Translations under genes and position numbers: made by a program
Assembly (NCBI GenBank): GCA_964606775.1
Contig: CAZSGW010000002.1
Coordinates: 16,129-80,128 of the forward strand
Reading direction: 5' to 3'
DNA length: 64,000 nucleotides
Source of the DNA: Candidatus Woesearchaeota archaeon
GTDB taxonomy: Archaea; Nanobdellota; Nanobdellia; Pacearchaeales; GW2011-AR1
The notes under the pieces: model-generated
Told to the model about the DNA's origin: nothing
The model's input: only the letters and a program-made list of their open reading frames with translations
Database searches by the model: none
Shown here: positions 20,437 through 29,598 of the stretch, piece after piece
How positions within the stretch are numbered: position 1 is the stretch's first letter
Layout of the letters: each line of letters opens with the position of its first letter

Positions 20437-20528
20437 TCTTCATCACATTCTACTTGCTCTTGAAGTTCTTTACAATCACACTCTTTGCCGTCACAAGAAC
20501 ACTTTTCTTCTTCTCTAAATTCTTCCAT
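20427..20528 (-). CDS. candidate 33-aa Cys-rich peptide (MEEFREEEKCSCDGKECDCKELQEQVECDEECK)
   Basis: unannotated small ORF between iscS and DUF1858 gene; 7 Cys in 33 aa. Confidence 0.2.
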   Translation of the reverse strand: MEEFREEEKCSCDGKECDCKELQEQVECDEECK

Positions 20529-20593
20529 TTTTAACCTCTGCCCCTAGTAATGATTTTAGTTAAAATCTTTCGGGGTACGCACATAGTGTGCAT

Positions 20594-21748
20594 TTAATTC
20601 ACTAACGGAGATAATCTCCGTAATTTAATTACTACCTTATTCAATTTATCCAAAACATAATCAATTTCTTCTTCAGTTGTATACTTACTTAAACTAATTC
20701 TCAATGAACTATTTGATTCTAACGCACTTAATTTCATCGCTTTCAAAACATGGCTAGACTTCAAAGTATTAGACATACAAGCACTTCCAGTCGACGCAAA
20801 AATTCCTTCTCTTTCCAAATAACCTCCGATTGCCTCGCCTTCAATATTCATAAAAGAAATATTAACATTATTACATAGTCTTTCTCGAGGACCATTTAAT
20901 TTTGTATCTTTAATCTCCAAAATCCCCTCGATTAATTTATCCCTTAAATTCTCCATTCTCTTAACATCTTTTGAACTTGCAACCTTCACAGATTCTGCAA
21001 AACCAACAATTCCCGGAATATTTTCAGTTCCACTCCTCAACTTATTTTCGTGTCCTCCTCCATGTATTAATGAATTTATCTTGATTCCATCCCGAACATA
21101 CAAAGCACCAATTCCCTTCGGCCCATGAATCTTGTGAGCGTTCAAAGTCATCAAATCAATATTTTGTTTCTTAACATTCAAAGGAACTTTTGTAAAGCTC
21201 TGACAAGCATCAACATGAAATAAAACACCTTTTTCTCTACACATTTTCCCAATCTTTTCTAAATCTTGAATTGTTCCAACCTCATTGTTTGCATGAATAA
21301 CTGAAACAACAATAACACTTTCATCTAACTCACGTTCTAATTGATTTAAGTCAACATAACCTTCTGAATCTACATCCAAGTAAATAACTTCAACCCCTTT
21401 TTTTCCGAGCCACTCACAAACTTTCAAAATAGAATCATGCTCAATTTTTGTCGTAATTATTTTTTTTCTTTCAGGATAATTTTCAAAAAACAAACCTTTC
21501 AATGCAAAATTATTTGATTCTGTTCCTCCCGAGGTAAAAACTATCTCCCACGACTTAGAATTAATTGCTTTGCTTATAACTTTCCTTGATTTATCTAAAG
21601 CTTGTTTTGCTTCCTGTCCAACCTGATGTTGAGATGACGCATTCCCAAATTTCCCGCCAAAATACGGAAGCATAGCTCTCAAAACCTCTTCATCAACTCT
21701 TGTCGTTGCCGCATTATCTAAATATACTTTCATATTCGCTCTCCACAC
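20594..21748 (-). CDS. iscS: cysteine desulfurase IscS/NifS
   Basis: 384 aa class V aminotransferase, PLP-lysine motif NAHKIHGPKG, active Cys SACMS. Confidence 0.9.
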   Translation of the reverse strand: MWRANMKVYLDNAATTRVDEEVLRAMLPYFGGKFGNASSQHQVGQEAKQALDKSRKVISKAINSKSWEIVFTSGGTESNNFALKGLFFENYPERKKIITTKIEHDSILKVCEWLGKKGVEVIYLDVDSEGYVDLNQLERELDESVIVVSVIHANNEVGTIQDLEKIGKMCREKGVLFHVDACQSFTKVPLNVKKQNIDLMTLNAHKIHGPKGIGALYVRDGIKINSLIHGGGHENKLRSGTENIPGIVGFAESVKVASSKDVKRMENLRDKLIEGILEIKDTKLNGPRERLCNNVNISFMNIEGEAIGGYLEREGIFASTGSACMSNTLKSSHVLKAMKLSALESNSSLRISLSKYTTEEEIDYVLDKLNKVVIKLRRLSPLVN

Positions 21749-22050
21749 TTTCTACTCCCACAACTTTTGCAGTCACAAAATGTTGAAGCATGTTTATCAA
21801 TCAATTTCAAGATAGGAACAATAGTTTTCTTATTCAAAGAATAAATTCTAGATTTTCCATTTTGTTTTGATTCAACAATTTTACATTTCTTTAAACAAGC
21901 CAAAGAATGAGATACTTTACTTTGCTCAATATTTAGCTTTTCACTTAATTCTCCGACAGAACTTGCCTTTTCTCTTAGAGCTGTAACTATATTAATCCTC
22001 AAAGGATTCGCCAAATTCTTAAAGAAAATATGATATGTCGATTCGAACAT
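21730..22050 (-). CDS. ArsR-family wHTH regulator with C-terminal Cys cluster
   Basis: HTH ArsR-like core, C-terminal CDCKSCGSRKC; head of isc operon. Confidence 0.65.
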   Translation of the reverse strand: MFESTYHIFFKNLANPLRINIVTALREKASSVGELSEKLNIEQSKVSHSLACLKKCKIVESKQNGKSRIYSLNKKTIVPILKLIDKHASTFCDCKSCGSRKCGERI

Positions 22051-22133
22051 ATGAAAAATATTTCATATAACTATTTAAACCTTTTCCTAACTTACTTGGA
22101 TAAATTTATAATCTTTAATATACTGATTATTTT

Positions 22134-22802
22134 ATGAACCACATTGATGTAAAAAATAGTTTGGGAAAACATATTTGTGTAGGATTTTTTTCAATAGGTC
22201 TAGCAATACTTCTTAATTATTTATTTTCAGTTGGATGGTCTACCTCTTTTGCAAGAGTTTCTTTTTTACTATTATTTTTTGTTTTAATAATTGGCCCAAT
22301 AATGAGATTAATAAAACCCAAAGAATCCTTTTCAATATTCAAATATCCTTGGACTTGGAGAGGAGAGCTTGGAATTTGGTTTGTTATAACAGGTTTATTG
22401 CATTTTTATTTTGCCATGAGTAAAGGTTTCATAAATTGGAATTTTCTTAATGCTTTAGGAGGAGGTATTGGCGGTGGAGGATTAGGTTTAGCAAATCTTT
22501 TAGGTTTAGTAGCTTTAGTTCTTTCATTAGTTTTAGCAGTAACATCATTCAACAAAATAATAAAGTTTCTAGGAATTGAATCATGGAAATGGGTACAGTC
22601 TTTTGCTTATGTTGTTTTCTATTTAGTAACAGCACATTTAATTTATTTCCAATTTTTCACAACACACGGGAGTGGACCTGACTGGTTTGGATATACTTCA
22701 ATAATAATATTTTTTATTATTTTAATTCTACAAATTTCGGCATTTGTAAAAACTGTGAATGAATCTAGGACAGAAAAACAAAAGAAAACAATCAAACACT
22801 AA
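22134..22802 (+). CDS. polytopic membrane protein
   Basis: multiple hydrophobic helices, Gly-rich loop. Confidence 0.55.
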   Translation: MNHIDVKNSLGKHICVGFFSIGLAILLNYLFSVGWSTSFARVSFLLLFFVLIIGPIMRLIKPKESFSIFKYPWTWRGELGIWFVITGLLHFYFAMSKGFINWNFLNALGGGIGGGGLGLANLLGLVALVLSLVLAVTSFNKIIKFLGIESWKWVQSFAYVVFYLVTAHLIYFQFFTTHGSGPDWFGYTSIIIFFIILILQISAFVKTVNESRTEKQKKTIKH

Positions 22803-22843
22803 ATATTTTTTATTAATGTCTCTTTTATATTTTATAATAAAAA

Positions 22844-22914
22844 TGGGCACGGAGGGAATCGAACCCCCAGCTGCCGGTCTGGAGCCGGCTATTTTACCAC
22901 TAAACTACGCACCC
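22844..22914 (-). tRNA. tRNA-Trp (anticodon CCA), CCA tail not encoded
   Basis: rc GGGTGCGTAGTTTAGTGGTAAAATAGCCGGCTCCAGACCGGCAG...GGGGGTTCGATTCCCTCCGTGCCCA; anticodon loop CTCCAGA. Confidence 0.85.
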
Positions 22915-22951
22915 GTTACTTATTAAACATTCATTTTCTTTTTAATATTTT

Positions 22952-23572
22952 CTACCTAAGAATAAAATAAAGAATTGAACCAAGAACAACAATCCCAAAT
23001 AATCTATAAAGTATTTTCAAAAAATTAATTTTCCTCAGTGGTTTTGTCCATTCAATTTTTGATACATGAACAGGATCTTTAACACCTTTAAATTCCATCA
23101 ATCCAACAAAAGAAAACGGAAACTCATTTTTATTCATCGCAAAATAAACAGCTTTCGTAAAATAGATATTAGTAGTAGGGGTTTTTCCAGCCAATCTTGA
23201 AACCAAATTTACCACGTCTCCGTAAATATCCTTCTCTTTAATCATAACCTCTCCAGTATGCAACGCAATCTTTATTTTCAATGGAATTTTTGGCTTAGTC
23301 TTCTTGTTATAATCCTTGAATTTTTTCTGCAATTCAATAGAACATCGCATCGCATCACTCGCAGACTTAAAAGTAACTAAAAAGGCATCGCCCATCTTTT
23401 TTATGATTTTTCCAGAGCACTCCTTGCACAAAGGTTTACACATAGAATCAAATTCATCATGCATTTTTTCAAAATCTTCTCTGCCTAAAATAGAAGAAAT
23501 TTGTGTATAATTAGTCAAATCAACAAACATAATTGTCAAAACTTCAGATTTTGTTTTTGCCATATATTTCAC
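22952..23572 (-). CDS. class III adenylate/guanylate cyclase catalytic domain protein with C-terminal TM anchor
   Basis: FVDLTNYT...GDAFLVTF...ALHTGEV cyclase core; hydrophobic C-terminus. Confidence 0.65.
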   Translation of the reverse strand: MKYMAKTKSEVLTIMFVDLTNYTQISSILGREDFEKMHDEFDSMCKPLCKECSGKIIKKMGDAFLVTFKSASDAMRCSIELQKKFKDYNKKTKPKIPLKIKIALHTGEVMIKEKDIYGDVVNLVSRLAGKTPTTNIYFTKAVYFAMNKNEFPFSFVGLMEFKGVKDPVHVSKIEWTKPLRKINFLKILYRLFGIVVLGSILYFILR

Positions 23573-23652
23573 ATTTATTCTTACTTTAAAAGCATTGTTG
23601 AATTAAATCTAAGTGTACAAATCTTTAAATAAAGAAACAACACTCAATAATT

Positions 23653-23901
23653 ATGGAAAAATACAATGTAATTGGAGAAGGTTTAGATTTGGGATATTTA
23701 CATAATGTTCTTTCTGCAATAGATAATCCTATAACTCATGTAAAAAAATCTCGAGGAAATCTAATAACTTATAAATCAAAAAACAAAGGCGATTTCACAA
23801 TCTCTCAAAACAATGAAAGTTTTGAATTATCTGGGAAAATTTCTACGGGCTTAGTAAAAAGACTAAAAGAATATGGGATAGAACTAAAGGAATCTAATTA
23901 A
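23653..23901 (+). CDS. hypothetical protein
   Basis: 82-aa ORF. Confidence 0.35.
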   Translation: MEKYNVIGEGLDLGYLHNVLSAIDNPITHVKKSRGNLITYKSKNKGDFTISQNNESFELSGKISTGLVKRLKEYGIELKESN

Positions 23902-24571
23902 TTTTCTTAATTTTCTCTATTTCTTCATTAGAAACAGCACAACCTTTAAACTTCAGGGCCCATAAAACAGCATCCAAAATTTTTGGACTCTTCCATCTAA
24001 ATAGTTTTTTCTTAAACGCAACATACATAAACTCACAAGAACGAATTACTTTAAATCCTCTAAAAAATTTAAAATTCTTCTGCTTCAATCTAACGTTAAC
24101 ATGCAATTTCTTAGATAAAAGTTTTTGCAAATTCTCTGGTTTTTCAATCAACATTCTAGTAGTTCTTTCATCAATACACAAAACATTTTCAACCCCTTTT
24201 TCATCCAAAATTCTACTCAATCCTAAACACGAAGCTTCACCTTTATGAATCATATTAACATTCTTTCCTCTACCAACAAACATAGAATTCGCTAAATCAA
24301 TAATTTCAGAAGTCTTCAAATCAATTTCCTCGCTTCTAACATCTAAAGAATCTGGCAATTCCAAAACCTTTTCTTCAATCAATGTTTTTGCTCTCAAAGC
24401 TTCAAACTCAAATCTCTTTGTCTTCAACGGCCTATCAATAACTTCATATTTCACATCTTCTGTAATAATAAATTTTCCATTAAAGTGTTCTTTTAATTTT
24501 TTAAACTCAGGTAACAAACCATTCATTGACATACTTATCAAACTACTTGAATCAAAAATTAATGCTTTCAT
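23894..24571 (-). CDS. PIN-like domain protein
   Basis: N-terminus MKALIFDSSSLIS resembles PIN; start overlaps upstream gene stop (ATGA). Confidence 0.4.
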   Translation of the reverse strand: MKALIFDSSSLISMSMNGLLPEFKKLKEHFNGKFIITEDVKYEVIDRPLKTKRFEFEALRAKTLIEEKVLELPDSLDVRSEEIDLKTSEIIDLANSMFVGRGKNVNMIHKGEASCLGLSRILDEKGVENVLCIDERTTRMLIEKPENLQKLLSKKLHVNVRLKQKNFKFFRGFKVIRSCEFMYVAFKKKLFRWKSPKILDAVLWALKFKGCAVSNEEIEKIKKIN

Positions 24572-25128
24572 TTAAAAAACCTCTCGGCTAATTTAACTCT
24601 CTGTTTAACATTCATGGTCCTGCTTTCTGGAACATCTGAAATTCCTGTCTTTCCCACGTAATCTGCAAGTTCATATTGAGTAATTCCTAACAATTTCGCA
24701 GTCTGTTCCATTGAAATTCCATGCTCATAAATACGGGACGCCTTGTTTATCGATGCTCTTCTAAAAACTTCCTGAATATACTCTTTCAATTTTCCAGACA
24801 ACTTTCCAATAGCTCTACGAATAGCTTCAAAATCCTGTCTAAATTTTTTTTCATCTTTTTTCTTAATATCTTCAATAGATTTTTTCAAAGAATTAATAAT
24901 AATTTTATAGAAATTATTCCAGCCTGGATATTTTTTATAACTCTCCCTTTCTAAAATCTTACTCAAAGAATAAACTCCTACGGCAACTAAAATATTGTCT
25001 GGGTCTTGGGTATATGAAGCAGTATTGATTGTTTGATTACTTAAAGTTTTAATCTCAGCAGGATCATCTCTTTCAACGGCTGCCTTTGTCTCCTCGAGAA
25101 TCCTTAAAATATTATCACTCTCCTTCAT
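24568..25128 (-). CDS. hypothetical protein with C-terminal HTH
   Basis: 186 aa; TAKLLGITQYELADYVG HTH-like. Confidence 0.4.
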   Translation of the reverse strand: MKESDNILRILEETKAAVERDDPAEIKTLSNQTINTASYTQDPDNILVAVGVYSLSKILERESYKKYPGWNNFYKIIINSLKKSIEDIKKKDEKKFRQDFEAIRRAIGKLSGKLKEYIQEVFRRASINKASRIYEHGISMEQTAKLLGITQYELADYVGKTGISDVPESRTMNVKQRVKLAERFFK

Positions 25129-25178
25129 ATTAAATCAAATAGAAAAGATTATTTAAATGTTAAGATACTTATTAAAAT

Positions 25179-25526
25179 ATGAAACAAGCAATCTTAGATA
25201 CAAACTTCATTTTAACTTGTGCAAAACAAAAAATAGATTTTTTCGAGGAATTAAAATTGCTGGGAATTAATCCAGTAGTTCCAAAACAAGTTATTCGAGA
25301 AATTGAAGGCATTAAAAAACCTGAAGCAGAACTTGCACTAAAAATATTGGATAAAAATAATTTTGATAAAATAGATTTTGGGAAAGGTCATGTAGACGAT
25401 AAAATTGTAAATTATCTCAAAGACAACAAAGAAATTCTTCTTGCAACGCTCGATTCAGCATTAAAAAATAGGGTAACCAACCCAAAAATAGTCATCAGAG
25501 GAAAAAAGAGATTAGAGATTATTTAA
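25179..25526 (+). CDS. PIN-domain protein
   Basis: MKQAILDTNFIL... acidic residues typical of PIN nucleases. Confidence 0.5.
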   Translation: MKQAILDTNFILTCAKQKIDFFEELKLLGINPVVPKQVIREIEGIKKPEAELALKILDKNNFDKIDFGKGHVDDKIVNYLKDNKEILLATLDSALKNRVTNPKIVIRGKKRLEII

Positions 25527-25569
25527 GAAAAGCTTTAAAAAGCAAATTTTATTCTATCTTTCAGATAAA

Positions 25570-26169
25570 ATGTTCTATTTAGCCGAAGTCGAAGACTATG
25601 TGAGAGTAGAGCCAAAATTGTTTGGTTTGCCTACTGCCGAAGCCGTTGAAAAACAGCTTAAAGAAACATATTCTGACTATTACAGCAAAGAGTTAGGAAA
25701 GACAATTTCTGTAATCGAGATTTTAGATATAGGGGAAGGAGTAATAATTCCTGGAGATGGTGCAGCTTACTATAATTCAAAATTCAAACTATTGGTTTGG
25801 AAACCAGAACTACATGAATTAGTTTATGGAGAAATATCTGAAATAACAAATTTTGGAGCATTTATAGACATGGGTTCAATTCGAGGGATGATTCACATTT
25901 CACAAACAATGGACGACTACGTTTCATTCTCAAAATCAAATTCTCTTGCTGGGAAAGCTTCAAATAGAACACTAAAAGTAGGCGACGAATGTCTTGCAAG
26001 AATTGTTGCTATCTCTCATAAAGGACAAGATTCAAAGATTGGTCTAACAATGAGACAACCAGGGTTGGGAAAATTAGAATGGATAAAAGAAGATGCTATT
26101 AAAAAACAAAAAGAAGCTGAGAAATCTACGAAGGCAGAAGCTAAATCAGCAAAGGGAGGAAAGAAATGA
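25570..26169 (+). CDS. rpoE: DNA-directed RNA polymerase subunit E' (Rpb7 homolog, S1 domain)
   Basis: MFYLAEVEDYVRVEP N-terminus, S1 domain GEISEITNFGAFIDMG. Confidence 0.85.
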   Translation: MFYLAEVEDYVRVEPKLFGLPTAEAVEKQLKETYSDYYSKELGKTISVIEILDIGEGVIIPGDGAAYYNSKFKLLVWKPELHELVYGEISEITNFGAFIDMGSIRGMIHISQTMDDYVSFSKSNSLAGKASNRTLKVGDECLARIVAISHKGQDSKIGLTMRQPGLGKLEWIKEDAIKKQKEAEKSTKAEAKSAKGGKK

Positions 26170-26414
26170 ATCTTCTTTACAATACAATGAAGACAATGGC
26201 AGTTATCCCTGCTTATACCTTTTCATTAGTTTCTGAAAAACTTTCCCTAGAAGAAAACGACCTTGAATTTAAAAGAAAATGTAGAAAAACTTTCGAAGGT
26301 ATTTTATACAACAATATAGGAAAAATATCTGGAAATCAAAAGCTTCAGAATAAAGGATTAAAAAAATTAAGTGAACTAGAACATTTACCTAAGGAGGAAA
26401 GAAGTAATGCCTAA
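26166..26414 (+). CDS. hypothetical protein
   Basis: 82-aa ORF between rpoE and spt4; uncertain. Confidence 0.25.
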   Translation: MNLLYNTMKTMAVIPAYTFSLVSEKLSLEENDLEFKRKCRKTFEGILYNNIGKISGNQKLQNKGLKKLSELEHLPKEERSNA

Positions 26415-26598
26415 ATCAAAAGCTTGTAGATTATGTAATACTATCTTTGAAGTTGGAGAAAAATGTCCTAATTGTGCGTCTAAGGAATATACTGACTCCT
26501 TCAAGGGAAGAATCGAAATTTTGAATCCAGAAAAATCTGAATTATCTGAAAAATTAAATTTAAAAGAAAAAGGAAATTTTGCAATTAAAACAAGGTAA
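26407..26598 (+). CDS. spt4: Spt4 / RNA polymerase subunit E''
   Basis: 63 aa C4 zinc ribbon CRLC...CPNC immediately after rpoE. Confidence 0.8.
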   Translation: MPKSKACRLCNTIFEVGEKCPNCASKEYTDSFKGRIEILNPEKSELSEKLNLKEKGNFAIKTR

Positions 26599-26603
26599 AT
26601 AAA

Positions 26604-27056
26604 ATGAATATAATTGAAGAAAAACAAAGCCCTTTATTCTCGAGAAAAGAATTAATATTAGAAATAGAAGAGAAGGTAATTCCAAAAAAAGAGGATGTAG
26701 AAAAGAGGGTTTCAGAAAAGTTTTCGGCTTCTCCAGACTCGGTAGTTATTAGAAAAATTGAGAGTAAATTCGGAACTCAAAAGTTTAAGATTTACGCGTA
26801 TATTTATGAATCTAAAGAAGAAAAAGATAATACTGAAACTAAAACCAAAAAACAAAGAGAGGCTGAAAAGAAAGCTGAAGAGGAGAGACTAAAGAAAGAG
26901 GCTGAAGAGAGAAAGGCTGCTAAAGAAGCTGAAGAAGCTGCAAAAGCTGAAGCCGAAAAAGCAGAAGAATCTCCTGCGGAAAGCGAGGAAAGTAAAGAGG
27001 AGCCTGCTCCTGAGGAAAAGTCAGAGGAACCTAAAGAAGAGGAGAAGAAAGAATAA
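26604..27056 (+). CDS. rps24e: 30S ribosomal protein S24e with K/E/A-rich C-terminal extension
   Basis: S24e core (SPLFSRKELILEIE...) then low-complexity tail. Confidence 0.85.
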   Translation: MNIIEEKQSPLFSRKELILEIEEKVIPKKEDVEKRVSEKFSASPDSVVIRKIESKFGTQKFKIYAYIYESKEEKDNTETKTKKQREAEKKAEEERLKKEAEERKAAKEAEEAAKAEAEKAEESPAESEESKEEPAPEEKSEEPKEEEKKE

Positions 27057-27298
27057 TGGCAAAGAAGAAGATTGTAAAAAAGGGAAAGAAAGCACACAAG
27101 AACAAACCCACTAGTAAGAAATATACAAAATACAAAATCGACGGAGACAAGATTACACGAGAACAATGTTGTCCAAGATGTGGTCCTGGAACTTTCTTAA
27201 TGATTTCTCAAGGAAGAAAATATTGTGGTAAATGTGGATACTCCGAATTCGAAGGTAAAACAAAATCTGAAGAACCTAAAGAAGAGAAGAAAGAATAA
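27056..27298 (+). CDS. rps27ae: 30S ribosomal protein S27a (S27ae)
   Basis: CPRCGPGTFLMISQGRKYCGKCGY zinc ribbon. Confidence 0.85.
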   Translation: MAKKKIVKKGKKAHKNKPTSKKYTKYKIDGDKITREQCCPRCGPGTFLMISQGRKYCGKCGYSEFEGKTKSEEPKEEKKE

Positions 27299-27859
27299 TT
27301 AATCAAAGTCTTCTGCACCAATTATTTTTTCTGGTAAATTGTAATAACAAGATTCAATCATTGAGGTAAGAGAAGAATTCCAATAAAATCTTCCAGGTTT
27401 ATTCTTTTCTACATATCTATCAAACAATCTTTTTGATTCTTCTGTATACGGATTGATTAAGAGCTCTGAACTTACACATGGTCTCAGTTCAATTTCTTTG
27501 TATCTATCATCATCAATCAACCTTCCAATAGCTTGTAACTCGTTGCCCTGCCTTATTTCAACATTCTTTCCCATTAGTTCCAAACCCCTTATTTTGTTTG
27601 ATTTATTCACTTCATAAAAATTAGATTCAACCATAGAAGTAATGTGGTCTTTGTAAAATCTTCCTACCTTTTCAAGTTTGGCATATTTCTCCAATAATTT
27701 TTTAGATTTTTCTGTATATGGCTTTCCAATTAAATCAACATGGACACAAGGACTCAATTCAATTTCTTTAAACCCATCATCTTTTACAAGAATTCCTACT
27801 GCTTGCAATTTAGAATATTGTTTGATTTCCACGACCTTATTACTTAGCTTTATTCCCAT
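27299..27859 (-). CDS. hypothetical protein with internal two-fold duplication
   Basis: two ~85-aa repeats (ELSPCVHVDLIGKPYTEKSKKLLEKY... / ELRPCVSSELLINPYTEESKRLFDRY...). Confidence 0.45.
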   Translation of the reverse strand: MGIKLSNKVVEIKQYSKLQAVGILVKDDGFKEIELSPCVHVDLIGKPYTEKSKKLLEKYAKLEKVGRFYKDHITSMVESNFYEVNKSNKIRGLELMGKNVEIRQGNELQAIGRLIDDDRYKEIELRPCVSSELLINPYTEESKRLFDRYVEKNKPGRFYWNSSLTSMIESCYYNLPEKIIGAEDFD

Positions 27860-28051
27860 TTAAATAAAATATTCAGTTACTTGATTATATATTGCCCCAT
27901 ATAATGAATTTTTTTGTTCTTTTTGTTTGCAGTAAGTTTTGAATAATTCCATAACTTCTCCACGAGGAAGCCTATTTTTAATAGCACTCAAAACTTTTTG
28001 TCCAATTTCATTCTCTAGTTTATTTATTTTATCCGCCATTTTATAGAACAT
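27860..28051 (-). CDS. hypothetical protein
   Basis: 63-aa ORF. Confidence 0.3.
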   Translation of the reverse strand: MFYKMADKINKLENEIGQKVLSAIKNRLPRGEVMELFKTYCKQKEQKNSLYGAIYNQVTEYFI

Positions 28052-28267
28052 GAACCCTGGGAGATTCTTCAGATCACATCAAATAGTAGACCTGAAGCCT
28101 CTCCTGGGGAAAAAGAGGTGATATAAAATTGATGCATCACTAGTATTTAAATGTTTCGATTATGTTACCTCTTGAGAATGACAAGCGCTATTCAACATAA
28201 AGTAGTAAATCCTTAGGACTACTATATAATTTATTTATACACTACATATTATTTCTTATACACTACA

Positions 28268-29104
28268 TTATAAATTATCTAAAGGGCTTCGAGTGTTGAT
28301 TAAATTCGGCGAAGCAATATGAGTATAAATTAAAGTTGTCTCAGGAGATTTGTGCCCGAGCATTGCCTGAACATTCTGAACATCATAACCATTTTCAACT
28401 AAATGAGTAGCAAAACTATGTCTTAATGTATGCGGATGAACGTTCTTTTTTATTCCTGCTTTTTTAGTCGCGTTTAAAACAATTTTCTGCAAACTTCTTA
28501 TATTGTACTTTGTCCCACGATTACTTTGAAACAAATAATCTTTATCTTCCAAATTTTCGATTTCAATCAAATTCTTTATTTTTTCTCTAACAATTTTTGG
28601 TAATGTGATTAACCTATCTTTTCCGCCCTTTCCATTTCGCACATATCCATAATTTTTATCCAGTTCCAAATCTTTGATTTTGACATTAGTTAACTCCGAC
28701 ACTCTTAATCCCGAACCATACAAAAATTCAATCATCAATCTGTGTTTCCAATTTGAAATGGCATTTAATAATTTTCTAACTTCTTCTTTAGACAAAACTT
28801 CAGGTAATTTTTTTGGAGTTTTAGAATATTTTATATCTATCCACATTCTTTTTTCTAAAACATTTTCAAAAAGGAATCTAATTGCCATATGGCAAGTATT
28901 CATTGTACTTCCAGCTAAATTTTTCTCAGACAAATATTCAAGAAACAAACGAACATCCTTTTTCGAAATATATCTTAAATCTTTTTTTGACCAATTCAAA
29001 AACGAATGAATGCAATGCAAATAAGTTTTAGCTGTTTTTGGAGATAATCTTCTCCTTTTACACTCTTTAATTATTTTAGAATCAATGTCTACAAAAGTCT
29101 TCAT
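28268..29104 (-). CDS. tyrosine recombinase/integrase (XerC/D/A-like)
   Basis: catalytic motifs R...HPHTLRHSFATHLVENGYD...LGHKSPETTLIYTH with terminal Tyr. Confidence 0.9.
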   Translation of the reverse strand: MKTFVDIDSKIIKECKRRRLSPKTAKTYLHCIHSFLNWSKKDLRYISKKDVRLFLEYLSEKNLAGSTMNTCHMAIRFLFENVLEKRMWIDIKYSKTPKKLPEVLSKEEVRKLLNAISNWKHRLMIEFLYGSGLRVSELTNVKIKDLELDKNYGYVRNGKGGKDRLITLPKIVREKIKNLIEIENLEDKDYLFQSNRGTKYNIRSLQKIVLNATKKAGIKKNVHPHTLRHSFATHLVENGYDVQNVQAMLGHKSPETTLIYTHIASPNLINTRSPLDNL

Positions 29105-29242
29105 AGTTATTATTTAAAATATATGTTTAAATATATATTTTGAAACTCTAGAATAAAAACAAAAAAGTTTGAGGCTGAACCAAAATTTACTTCTTTTAAC
29201 CAACTTAAATGCTCAAATTTAAAGGAGTTCGTTAAAAGTCTG

Positions 29243-29482
29243 TTATATTCAATTTTCCTTAACAGGAAAACTTTGCTCAAACATTTTTATAGTTAACTCA
29301 CAACTTTATGGAAGTCGCTCAGATTGACTTCGCTCCATTCTCAAAAAGGAATATAACACTGATTATATTCAATTTTCCTTAACAGGAAAACTTTGCTCAA
29401 ACATTTTTATAGTTAACTCACAACTTTATGGAAGTCGCTCAGATTGACTTCGCTCCATTCTCAAAAAGGAATATAACACTGA
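29243..29482. repeat. perfect tandem duplication, 2 x 120 bp, plus degenerate start of a third copy
   Basis: 29243-29362 identical to 29363-29482; unit contains palindrome GAAGTCgctcagattGACTTC. Confidence 0.95.
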
Positions 29483-29598
29483 TTAGTTTCAATTGCAAAT
29501 TCTCTAAATTGTTGAGTTTGAAAATAGGAGAGGACACTTTAAAACCCCGACCACCCACCCCTGTTAGGAGATGTGTGCTTGGTTTTATCTTCGATAAA

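Noticed and set aside
26804-27166. Ser/Leu/Ala-rich 120-aa antisense ORF
   Set aside because: Antisense to the low-complexity tail of S24e. It is an artefact of the K/E/A repeat codons.
29243-29482. Possible CRISPR array
   Set aside because: Only two perfect 120-bp units with no unique spacers and no repeat-spacer periodicity. No cas genes in the window.
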